A stretch of DNA of 39,656 nt from Oligoflexales bacterium. GTDB lineage: Bacteria > Bdellovibrionota_B > Oligoflexia > Oligoflexales > Bog-1112. The stretch covers positions 1 to 39,656 of the forward strand of contig JBGCDR010000146.1 in the NCBI GenBank assembly GCA_045105515.1, written 5' to 3'. A program made the position numbers and the translations under genes. Within the stretch, counting starts at the first letter, position 1. The number at the start of each line of letters is the position of its first letter. The notes beneath the pieces are model-generated. The model worked only from the letters and a program-made list of their open reading frames with translations, did not search any database and was not told the origin of the DNA. Below are positions 1-8,931 of this stretch, one piece after another.

Positions 1-137
1 TCATACCTTTGCTCATAAGTGAGATTGGCAGACATAAATACCCCTTTCTTGCAAGCAGATTAGCCTCATAGACTAAACTAAATCCGCCTTCCGAAGCGAT
101 GGAATTTTTTCTTCTGCACTTAATCTAGCAATCCGCC
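1..137 (-). mobile_element. Left end of an IS30-family insertion sequence (terminal IR plus first codons of the transposase, running off the window)
   Basis: The minus strand from 137 reads GGCGGATTGCTAGATTAAGTGCAGAAG, resembling IS30-family ends (GGCGGATT...AAGTGCA). A GGGG RBS precedes ATG at 35, which starts MSANLTYEQRY, like the IS30 HTH start (LTxEQRY). Confidence 0.7.
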
Positions 138-138
138 T

Positions 139-1119
139 TTCACTACATTAGGCTCCTCACATAATTATTTTTCTTTCGGAGACCACGCAAGGCTTATAGA
201 AATCCTTGATGACGCAAGAATTTGGCCTGAAGGAAATAAATACAAGGCTGACAAGCTGTTTTTAGGTAAGCGAATTGCTATCAAAGAGCTTAGAGGTCTC
301 AAAGCTGATGCAGGAAGAAAAACTCTGAAAACCATTAAGACAAGCCTCTCCGCTGAGTACTATTCAATGGATGTTGATTTAAGCACAGAAAATAATAGCA
401 AAAATCAGGATTACGAGCCAGTTATGGAGCATCTCAATTTTAAACTAAAGGAATACATCGATAATAGAGATATTAGATCTCCCTCGGAAGTTTTAAAATT
501 ATATGTTGCTTACTCTGCTGCTTATTCCGCTGCTTGGAAACTTGCAAAGAACGCTGCTCAGAAGGCTGCTTGGTACATTGCTAGAAACGCTGCTTGGAGT
601 GTTGCTAAGAACACTGCCGAGAATGCTGCTTATGACGCCGCTCAGAAGGCTGCTTGGAGCGTCGCTAGGAAAGTTGCTCAGAACGCGGTTTCTTATGCCT
701 CTTATGACACCGCTTCTTATGTAACTTCTTATGCCGCTTATGCCGCTGCTCAGAACACAACTGACGCAGCTTATGACGTTGTTTTTTACAATGCTTTTGA
801 AGCTGCCTATGACACCTATAATACTTATGACACCGCTGGAGCAATACACGAGTGGTCTTTATTCAATCATTTAAGGACTGAATTAATTGGAAAAAATTCC
901 TACCAAGCTGCTGAATGGGCATCGTTAATTTCTTTCAGCGAAAACCTAGATCGAATCTTGGATAGTTCCTTCAAGGCAGTGCAAGATAAAAAATTTAGTA
1001 TTTCAAAAGAAAGTCTTATGGCATCCATCAAACAGCTCGAAGGAGAAAAGACAAAAACAGTCCAACTGTTTTTAACTCCGATTACGGAAACGTTAAAGGA
1101 TCATTTAGAAACTCTGTGA
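139..1119 (+). pseudogene. Ala-rich tetrapeptide-repeat protein, 5' end interrupted by the IS30 element (ORF track calls 367..1119)
   Basis: The frame of the 367 ORF stays open upstream to the IS boundary (FTTLGSSHNYFSFGDHARLIEILDDARIWPEGNK...) with no convincing RBS/start. The central part has AxxA tetrads (AYSA AWKL AKNA AQKA AWYI ARNA AWSV...). Confidence 0.6.
505..840 (+). repeat. Degenerate 12-nt coding tandem repeat (GCT-NNN-NNN-GCT)
   Basis: Recurring gctgcttgg/gctgcttat units; gctcagaaggctgcttgg occurs at about 556 and 640. Confidence 0.8.
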
Positions 1120-1354
1120 AGGCTTCATATGATTCCTAATGCGGGACGCCTTTGGCATTTTCATCATATCAAAGATATTTGACTGAAGAGTTAATAGAAG
1201 AGAAGAAGCAACCAGACAATTAGCTCAAAAGCTTCAGCTTCAGCTCTCGGAACGTCACCTATACCTTCATAATACATGAAAGAGAGATACAAAAGAGATT
1301 CTGGGATAGGACAAGCGGTATCGGTGACTAACCTAAAGAAGTATAAAGCTCTAT

Positions 1355-1823
1355 CTAAATCTGCGAGGAAAAAAGAGCTGATCGCGGCATAACATATATA
1401 TAACTTAGATCTTTTGAATAATCATTAACTGTACACCACCATCCACTTTCACGAATAGAATTCATATGGCTTTGCTCTAAAACTAAAGTTTTTCCGAACA
1501 AGTGCCCACCTAGATTTCTGTCGCCTTCACATTTTATATTAAGATAAGTATCTCCATCACGTTGTAAAAAGCCTGGCAACTTTACTTCATAACCATCAAA
1601 TTCTCCAGTAGTACCATCAGACTGAACATAATCAAATGTCTTTTTAGTAACTTTTTTTTCTAGAATTTCATTCTCCAGATCAAAACCATCCAGAAATGAA
1701 GGCTTCTCATCATCAACTTTTAAAGAATGGGTTTTTTTCCAATGTTCTATTTGAAGAATTTGTATGATCACTTCCACAAGAAACTATGAATATAGAAAAA
1801 ATTACAGTTAAAAAAATTCTCAC
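1355..1823 (-). pseudogene. Putative lipoprotein split by a one-base insertion in an A7 tract
   Basis: AAGGAG RBS and GTG at 1823 give MRIFLTVIFSIFIVSC (lipobox) GSDHTNSSNRTLEK, which stops early. Removing one A from the tract at 1732-1738 joins it in frame to THSLKVDDEKPSF... of the 1355..1777 ORF. Confidence 0.7.
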
Positions 1824-2290
1824 AGGCCTCTCTCCTTGAAAAATTTTGTTGGCATAAGACAATAAAAATCATATTTGGGATTAATGGGATCGTTTTCTTA
1901 TGTTGGCCACCTCATCGAAAACACAAGTGATATTCTATTCGGTTTTTCTATGGTGAATTTCTAGTAAGATTTCAGAAAGATGTTCGCAACTTTTCGCAAA
2001 TAATTTAGATATGATTTAAGGTTGTGCTTTTTTATGATGACCAGTTACCTGAACCATCTGCTGTCAGATCGAAAATTTGATTAGATTGGGAAAGCGTCTA
2101 TGAAACTAAAAGCACGTGCATTTTTCTACCTGCAGATTTAAGATTGACCAAGAAATTAAATGAGTTTTTTTTACTAAATCCTCCCAATAAATCTTTAACT
2201 TTGAGTTGAGCGCTAAGATTATCTACTTTCTTGGTAAAACCATCCCTTAAATCTATTTAAGCACGAATTACATTGATTTTTTTGTCTAAA

Positions 2291-2300
2291 TTGTATACAA
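2291..2300. promoter_or_regulatory. Palindromic operator-like site TTGTATACAA
   Basis: Perfect 10-bp palindrome 32 bp upstream of the 2333 start; GT-N-AC core is typical of GntR-family sites. Confidence 0.35.
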
Positions 2301-2332
2301 ATTGATTGTATTCGTTGATGGAAAGGTAAGGC

Positions 2333-2593
2333 ATGAATAAATTAAACCATTTTTCAAATATTATATACAAGGCTCCCGTAAACAAATTAACACGATTGAT
2401 ATTAAACACAATAGGTTTAGTAGGTGCCTTTTGCTCCCTCTCGTTTTCGCTAACGGGTTATATTTACAGTGATTTCACGCTTGGAAATGAATATGCATCA
2501 ACGATGCTCTTATCAACTGCTATTCTAATGCTTGCGACAAAAATAGTGGATGGCTTGTTTTTCTCTCAATCAGTTCAGAAGAATTCCAACTAA
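2333..2593 (+). CDS. Small two-helix membrane protein, unknown function
   Basis: 86 aa, two hydrophobic segments (LILNTIGLVGAFCSLSFSLTGYIY; TMLLSTAILMLATKIV), AAGG RBS. Confidence 0.6.
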   Translation: MNKLNHFSNIIYKAPVNKLTRLILNTIGLVGAFCSLSFSLTGYIYSDFTLGNEYASTMLLSTAILMLATKIVDGLFFSQSVQKNSN

Positions 2594-2601
2594 TGCCTCA
2601 A

Positions 2602-3807
2602 GCTGTTGAAAAAATCGTTTTTAACAGTCCACATTCAATAACTAATTATGACTGCTGGTTACGAACTGTTTTCTTCTAAATATCTGAGAAAATCGTAAAA
2701 ATGGTAGGTGAGTGAAAGTTTAGCTGCATTTTCATCCTTATAAAGAATATAGCCTCTAATAAAAACAGACCTTCCATTTTCCAAAAACTTTCATAGGTAC
2801 GTTCTTTCAATGATTTTTTAACTGATTTTTTCTTAACTTTATTGATCAAATCTTCAAAAATATTTCTTTAATGATTTTTTTTTCAGATTCTAATTGTCTC
2901 TTTCTTCCTGATAAACACGATAGTTTTTGCGGACAGGTTTTGCAATGACAACCAAGCATTCTATAAATGTAAGTATTTCCTGCTGATCCTACAGTATTTT
3001 TATAAGGCTTAAGTACATGCCCTTGTTTACAAGAGTATACATCATTTTCTTTGTTATATTTGAATCCAATGTTTGAGCCATGACCTTCATTAAAGCTTTT
3101 TCCCATATTGCGAATAAAGGCTTCAATTCCTGGCTCTTTCAAATAGCTATAAAACGCTCCATTTCCATAGAATCTATCAACTATAAGTTCATTAACCTGA
3201 AACTGATATTTTTTTCTTTGTATCTCCATTCTCTCTTGAGCAATAGAACAGTCGCCTATAGCCTCTGAGGTCACTACACAATCGGTAATAATCCTAGAGT
3301 CTGCATCTACAATGTGGTGGGTTTTGAAATACAACCTTTTATTGGAGGTTCCTGCCTTGGCGTCCGGATCATTATGGCTGACATGACTAGAATTGGAAAC
3401 TTTACAACCTGTGCTTGATTTTTTTTCATTATTATTGTTATCAGCTTTTAGTTTTTTTTCTGGGGATTTTCGTTCGATAGGATCCTTATCTATATTTTCG
3501 ACGTTAACCAATGACCCAGGTGTGCATTAGCTTAAAAAAGGCTAGAATCGATCATTAATCTCTCACCTTTAGAAAGCCTATTCTTTTACATTGGTCTATG
3601 ATTTTATCGAAAACTTTCTGAAAAAAATCTTCTCCTAGTCTGTCTCGTGTACGAATGGAAATGGCTCTTGGTAATAAAGGTATTGAGGTCAATAGTCGAA
3701 AATAGAGGTTATTCAAATGTTGTCTGACCAGGCATCAGTTACCTCCAAATAAAAGGAGTTTTCATATTACTGTAAACTGACTATCGGTTAAACACTTTTT
3801 CAACAGC
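2602..3807 (-). mobile_element. Degenerate IS1182-family element
   Basis: Terminal inverted repeats GCTGTTGAAAAA (2602-2613) and TTTTTCAACAGC (3796-3807) enclose transposase remnants. Confidence 0.85.
2846..3735 (-). pseudogene. IS1182-family DDE transposase pseudogene (stops, frameshifts, internal deletion)
   Basis: GGAGG RBS and ATG at 3735 give MPGQTTFE*PLFSTIDL..., then RDRLGEDFF...QCKRIGFLKGERLMIDSSLF*ANA. ORF 2846..3511 carries DPDA, KTHHIVDADSRII, VDRFYG, YNKENDVYSCKQG and CKTCPQKLSC motifs. Confidence 0.85.
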
Positions 3808-3915
3808 CCGGCCTAAAACTTGGTATTCCAAAAACAATCTATTCCAAATTTTTGGTTTTTATTGGGATTGGAAACACCGAGGTTTAAAATGATATTCAGC
3901 GAAGACTTTAAACGT

Positions 3916-4176
3916 TTAAAATGCATATCCAAGGTGGAAGGTAGGAAATGAAACAATGGACTGGAATTCATATTTTTTTCCACCCATAACCACATCACCT
4001 CCTTCTAAAACTACATAGTCAATACTAAACCAAGGTGTCACATAGAATCCTTTGTTACCAAATCTGACATAGTAATTGTAGACAGACTCAAGAATATGCA
4101 AATTATCGCCCTTCAAAATAACAATGTTCCTCAAAAGACAGCAGAGTTTATCGGACTTGAATAATCGTGCCTCCAT
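3916..4176 (-). pseudogene. Probable C-terminal fragment of an outer-membrane beta-barrel protein
   Basis: Amphipathic strands GFYVTPWFSIDY and FPTFHLGYAF ending in a Y-x-F terminus; no signal peptide or RBS. Confidence 0.35.
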
Positions 4177-4215
4177 TTTTTTTAATTTTTTTTATCTAAA
4201 AAAAATTAAAAAAAA
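4176..4215. repeat. Perfect A/T-only inverted repeat T8-AA-T8-ATCT-A8-TT-A8 downstream of the ALDH stop
   Basis: Read directly: 19-bp arms with a 2-nt centre, or 18-bp arms with a 4-nt loop. Confidence 0.85.
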
Positions 4216-4231
4216 GGCTGACTAAGGAACC

Positions 4232-5716
4232 CTAAATTTGAATACAAACTGATTTAGTTTGAGTATAGTTATCTAAGACATCCCTTCCCATTTCACGTCC
4301 CCAGCCCGATTCTTTATAACCACCAAATGGTAAGGCTGCATCGAACACGTTATAACAATTGATCCAAGTAGTACCAGCTTTAATTGCCGAGCTTACACGG
4401 TGGGCTCGCCTTAGGTTTTCAGTCCAGATGCCTGCAGCTAAACCATAGTTAGTATCATTAGCAGCGGTGATTAAATCTTCTTCTGATTTAAACGGAAAGA
4501 CGGAAACCACTGGCCCAAAAATCTCTTCCTTAACAATCTGCATATCTGGCTTGGTATCAGTAAATACTGTAGGTCTGACAAAATAACCATTGGTGCTATC
4601 TGTTTTTCCTCCTGTGACTTTTTTGGCTCCCTGCTGTTCTCCAGAATCAATATAGGAACATACTCGCTCGAACTGTTCCCGTGATACTAAAGGTCCCATT
4701 TGCGTCCCAGATTCTAATCCGTCTCCTATTTGAATAGAGTCAGCCTGGTGAATAATACCCTCAATGACTTGTTCATAAATACTTTGCTCAACATAGAGTC
4801 GGCTACCAGCGCAGCAACACTGCCCATGATTAAAGAAAATACTGAAAGCAGCACCAGGGATAGCTGTATCTAAATTCGCATCTGCAAAAATAATATTAGG
4901 TGACTTGCCGCCCAGCTCCAAAGAGACTTTCTTTAAATTACCTTGGGCTGAATCTAGAATAGACTTACCAACTTCAGTTGACCCAGTGAATGCTACTTTA
5001 TCCACATCCATATGAGAGGCAAGCGCGGCACCTGTATCCCCAAATCCATTAACAATATTGATAACCCCTTCAGGAAAACCTGCCTCTAGGGCAAGTTCTC
5101 CCAAACGGATTGCAGTTAATGGAGTTTGTTCTGCAGGCTTCAAAACTACTGTGCAACCGGTCGCTAAGGCAGGTGCTAGTTTCCATGCAGCCATTAATAA
5201 AGGAAAATTCCAAGGTATAATCTGTCCTACTACACCGACGGGCTCCTTCAAAGTATAAGTGCTATAAACTCCCCCTGGATTAGAAATGGAAAAGGTATCT
5301 CCATAGATTTTTGTTGCCCACCCTGCCATATACCGAAACATTTCCGCCGACAGTGGAATATCAGCGGCTTTGGCAACACTATAGGGTTTTCCATTATCCA
5401 AAGATTCTAACTGAGCAAGCTCATCCGCATGAAAATCGACCAGATCCCCTAATTTCCAAATAATTTTACTCCGCTCACTCCCTTTCATCCGCGACCAAGG
5501 CCCTGAATCAAATGCCTTACGGGCAGCTGACACCGCATGATTCACATCCTGAAGCTTTCCATAAGCAACATTGGTCAGCACATCTCCATTGGAAGGATTT
5601 TCAACCGAAAAAACTTCTCCCTTAACCGAGGGTAGCCACTGGCCATCAATGAGATTTAAGAGCGGCTTATTGATAAATTCTTTCACTTCTGGCAATAAAG
5701 CATTTTGAGTACGCAT
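4232..5716 (-). CDS. NAD(P)-dependent aldehyde dehydrogenase (ALDH1/2-, DhaS/PADH-like)
   Basis: IIPWNFPL, LKPAEQTP, FTGSTEVG, LELGGKSP, catalytic GQCCCAG, EEIFGPV, PFGGYKESG. Confidence 0.97.
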   Translation of the reverse strand: MRTQNALLPEVKEFINKPLLNLIDGQWLPSVKGEVFSVENPSNGDVLTNVAYGKLQDVNHAVSAARKAFDSGPWSRMKGSERSKIIWKLGDLVDFHADELAQLESLDNGKPYSVAKAADIPLSAEMFRYMAGWATKIYGDTFSISNPGGVYSTYTLKEPVGVVGQIIPWNFPLLMAAWKLAPALATGCTVVLKPAEQTPLTAIRLGELALEAGFPEGVINIVNGFGDTGAALASHMDVDKVAFTGSTEVGKSILDSAQGNLKKVSLELGGKSPNIIFADANLDTAIPGAAFSIFFNHGQCCCAGSRLYVEQSIYEQVIEGIIHQADSIQIGDGLESGTQMGPLVSREQFERVCSYIDSGEQQGAKKVTGGKTDSTNGYFVRPTVFTDTKPDMQIVKEEIFGPVVSVFPFKSEEDLITAANDTNYGLAAGIWTENLRRAHRVSSAIKAGTTWINCYNVFDAALPFGGYKESGWGREMGRDVLDNYTQTKSVCIQI

Positions 5717-6209
5717 AGCGATTATCCCCTATTTTTTTTTCGAAAAATTCGTTTTTAGTTTAAAGCTAAGAACTTAAAAAGAAAAGGTTTTTGGGCTAAA
5801 AGGGGTATGGTTTAGGAATTAGAGGAGACTATCACAGGCTACTACAGAGCCTTAATGTATGCCTCCAAATCAGAGATTTCTGTATCATTATCTTCATCTT
5901 CAGCTTTAGCAAGTGGGCTAGATCTTTTGACTTAGATATTTTTAGGCTGACTATTAGATAATGTTTATTCCAAATTAAACTCATGAGTAAACTTTCCTGC
6001 GACTTGCTCTGTTGCGCTTATTTCTTCCTCCTTAATTTGAAGACTCATACAATATGATATTTGTTCAGATCGTACTATTTCTTCCATAAGCTTCTAATCA
6101 AATATAGTTTAAAATAAGTTATGGAATAATTGATTGTAAATATAAAATTAGAAATTACCGAGATTAATCAACTGATATTTAAGCCATAAATAATTTTTTT
6201 CGTTAATTC

Positions 6210-6236
6210 TAATTTACACCTTCTCCAATCCGATAG
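6210..6236 (+). promoter_or_regulatory. Candidate sigma28 (FliA) promoter
   Basis: TAAT-N15-TCCGATAG versus consensus TAAA-N15-GCCGATAA, upstream of the 6353 gene. Confidence 0.45.
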
Positions 6237-6352
6237 TGATATTAATATAGAGGATAGGCAATTTTCACGAAAAAAAAGTGAGTGTTCGGGATTTTTTCAC
6301 CGTAGTGGTGAATTTTTCAATCGATCTGGTTTTAAGGAAAGTATAGCAATCC

Positions 6353-7411
6353 ATGTTGTATTTGAGAGGCACAAAATTTTTTATTCTTGCGACTAACTTC
6401 CTATTCTTTTTAGGTTGTAGCGGCGAATCTAAATTTAGCAAGATTGACTCTTCTACAACAGATCAAGAAAACCATAATTTAGAAGCTAGAAATTTTGAAA
6501 GCTCTGAATCTCCTTCTGAGAACGATGAAAATGAAATAGAAAATAGCATATCTACTGAGTCACTTGACTGGCTTGCAGATCTTGATTTACCAGATGACCA
6601 AGAAGTCTCAGAAATTGAAATGGAAAGTCCAATAATGATAACGGGCGCTCACCTCATCGGCTGCACTTCAAACAGTGGCATATTCACTTGCCTTGCTGAG
6701 ACTGAAGAGGGATTTGATATATCCACTATTGAAATTTTTGATTTAAAGGGTGAAAATATTTCTAAGGATCTCATTAAGCTAGAAACTGTAAAAGAAGAGG
6801 GAATAGGTAAAATTGTGATTACTTTGTTTCCTTTTCAAATAGACCATGAACTTTCTGAACAAGAACTTTGTCAGGTGAACGAAGAGTTCACTTGGGACCT
6901 TGAAACAGAAATGTGCATTGAAAAAATTTTTACTGAAGAAGAAATCTGTTCAACTGATAGTGGATTCTACTGGTCTGCAGCAGATAGATTGTGTATCGAA
7001 GATGGGACCGAGTTTGGATTTTCTGTTAGTATCTTGGAGCTTAATACCAACATTCCTCTTGGGGCAGATCCAATCGATATTGAATTCAACTTAGACCAGG
7101 TTTCCTATGTAAAATATGTTGATATCTATACAGATTGGTTCTCAAAACGACCAACAGATATTAAAGTATACCATTCAGTGGATGGCGCTAAAGGCGCACT
7201 GATCGCTGAAAAAAACTTTCCCACTCGAGATGATCAAATTTGTGGAGAAGATTTTCAATCCCCTTGCACATACCCAGAAGCGCCAGTGTCTCGTTTAACA
7301 GTAGAATTAAACAAAATGTACCAGCTTAGCGAAGTGATTGTCGAGGTAAGTGGTTTGCTTAGCCAATCTCAAGGTTTCGCAATTGTCATGGAAGCTGGTC
7401 TACGAAATTAA
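6353..7411 (+). CDS. Acidic Cys-rich lipoprotein with a possible C-terminal beta-sandwich (discoidin-like) domain
   Basis: Lipobox FLGC, acidic linker, PIMITGAHL motif, two C-x6-W-x6-CIE units, beta-rich C-terminus (IEFNLDQVSYVKYVDIY...PTDIKVYHSVDG). Confidence 0.7.
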   Translation: MLYLRGTKFFILATNFLFFLGCSGESKFSKIDSSTTDQENHNLEARNFESSESPSENDENEIENSISTESLDWLADLDLPDDQEVSEIEMESPIMITGAHLIGCTSNSGIFTCLAETEEGFDISTIEIFDLKGENISKDLIKLETVKEEGIGKIVITLFPFQIDHELSEQELCQVNEEFTWDLETEMCIEKIFTEEEICSTDSGFYWSAADRLCIEDGTEFGFSVSILELNTNIPLGADPIDIEFNLDQVSYVKYVDIYTDWFSKRPTDIKVYHSVDGAKGALIAEKNFPTRDDQICGEDFQSPCTYPEAPVSRLTVELNKMYQLSEVIVEVSGLLSQSQGFAIVMEAGLRN

Positions 7412-7478
7412 TTTTGTAATTTGCTAGTCAAATTAAAAAACAAAGCTCTCTCGACCATTAAATTCATTTAAGAAATAA

Positions 7479-8723
7479 TTATAATGGTAGAAGAAGCAGA
7501 GCAAATAATCCAAGAACACTAAAAACAGTTTTGACGTTGTTATTATGATGATCCTCTTCACTGACCACTGGGGCTATTTGCTCCAATTCCATAAAATCTG
7601 GATCAATTTGTTCTTCATTAAATTCACAATTATTTTTATTCAAATAACATTTCCTTCCAGAACGCATAAGTCGGTCTTGCTGCTGTTCTATGTCTTTTTT
7701 AACCTTTTTAAATTCTTTCACGCTGTCTTGGGTCAAATATCTTTTTTTACCGTGCAAGAACAAAGAAAAAACGATCTTGCTTAAATTCACTTTGTTTTGG
7801 CGAATCATTTTGTAAACATCCAATAAGGTTTCTTCTCGATTTTCCACCACATAAGGGTTCTCATAATCCACTAGAATAGTTTGCCAATCGGCCAACTCAA
7901 CCTTAAAAGCTTGCCCTTTGTTCTCTCTCAGGGAGCTGACCCACTTCTCGATTTTATCTTGATAATTATTGGGATCAACATCGCCTAATAAAACTCCTCC
8001 ACCAACTTGATAAGCTTCTTTTTTTACAAAGCGAGAATTAACTTTCTTGCTAAAGATCTCCTTTATTTTAGAGGCACTTTCTATGACCTTATACTCACCT
8101 TTTAAGGCTGATTTGAAATCTCTTATGCGGCTTTGGTCCTTTTCATCTATTTCAAATACTTGTGAAAACTCCCCACCATAACTTATGGAGCGAACAAAAT
8201 GGGTACCACATAGCCTCACAAAACCCTGATAATCCTTCTTTTCTATCAGCTCTCTTGCTACAGGGCTCAAATCATCTTTGCTCAATGAACTCAAAGTAGA
8301 TTCTCGTGTTGCAATTTTTAGAGAATACAAGAAAGTTAACGAATGTTCTGAGCTCTTGAACTTTTGAAAAATCTTAAATTTAGGATCTGCCGAGAAAAAC
8401 AGGCTCCTTATAGATGAATTGTTGCTAATCTCTAATTCCTTCATCAATTCTTCATGAGATGAAATCATTGTTTGTGTAATGTAACTTTCAATACTATCTT
8501 CCACGCCTCTAAACGATTCCTTCATTTTCCCTTCGGGATCAACGATACAATCCCCCCTGACGGCATTTCGATTAAAGTAGTCATATCCTCGACCGACAGT
8601 CATTCCTAAATATGGTGACTCTACTCCTTCTAAATTAGAGGTTTCCTGTTTTTCGCCACAAGACGCCAAAACAAAGCCAATCAATGAAGTAAAAAAGGTC
8701 GATAATATAGCCCGATTTTTCAT
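7479..8723 (-). CDS. MACPF/perforin-like lipoprotein with a C-terminal hydrophobic tail
   Basis: Lipobox LASC; VGRGYD motif; CGTHF-x6-GG (8172-8210) matches the MACPF signature (Y/W)GTH(F/Y)x6GG; tail VFSVLGLFALLLLPL. AGGAGG spacing favours ATG 8723 over TTG 8729. Confidence 0.7.
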   Translation of the reverse strand: MKNRAILSTFFTSLIGFVLASCGEKQETSNLEGVESPYLGMTVGRGYDYFNRNAVRGDCIVDPEGKMKESFRGVEDSIESYITQTMISSHEELMKELEISNNSSIRSLFFSADPKFKIFQKFKSSEHSLTFLYSLKIATRESTLSSLSKDDLSPVARELIEKKDYQGFVRLCGTHFVRSISYGGEFSQVFEIDEKDQSRIRDFKSALKGEYKVIESASKIKEIFSKKVNSRFVKKEAYQVGGGVLLGDVDPNNYQDKIEKWVSSLRENKGQAFKVELADWQTILVDYENPYVVENREETLLDVYKMIRQNKVNLSKIVFSLFLHGKKRYLTQDSVKEFKKVKKDIEQQQDRLMRSGRKCYLNKNNCEFNEEQIDPDFMELEQIAPVVSEEDHHNNNVKTVFSVLGLFALLLLPL

Positions 8724-8931
8724 TTCCAAGCCTCCTTGCTTATGTGTTTACTTTTGAAAACATTTGACCACAAGTTAACCCTCATTTCAACATAGGTGTA
8801 CAGGGACGGGATTTACATATGTTTAAAATTAATTTTATTTTCGATATTTCGTTATTAAATTAAAACCGTTCTTCAATCAGGTATATTTTTTTTTGGTACA
8901 GAAGAAGGAGGGTAATTTGATAAGCAAGAAA

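Noticed and set aside
505..840. Repeat considered as a CRISPR array or DGR template/variable repeat
   Set aside because: Repeats are codon-phased and degenerate with no unique spacers; no adenine-specific mismatch pair and no reverse transcriptase or cas gene in the window.
499..849. Alternative-frame ORFs 499..849 (-) and 503..724 (+)
   Set aside because: By-products of the GCT-rich repeat, which lacks stops in other frames.
4232..5716. Calling the ALDH betB because a betaine-type ABC transporter is nearby
   Set aside because: Separated by two unrelated genes, no betA/betI, and the sequence looks like the ALDH1/2-DhaS type; substrate cannot be assigned.
5830..6090. Acidic coding-like remnant on the minus strand (…EDEDNDTEISDLEAYIKAL*)
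   Set aside because: Broken by stops and frame changes, with no recognisable family; cannot be supported as a feature.
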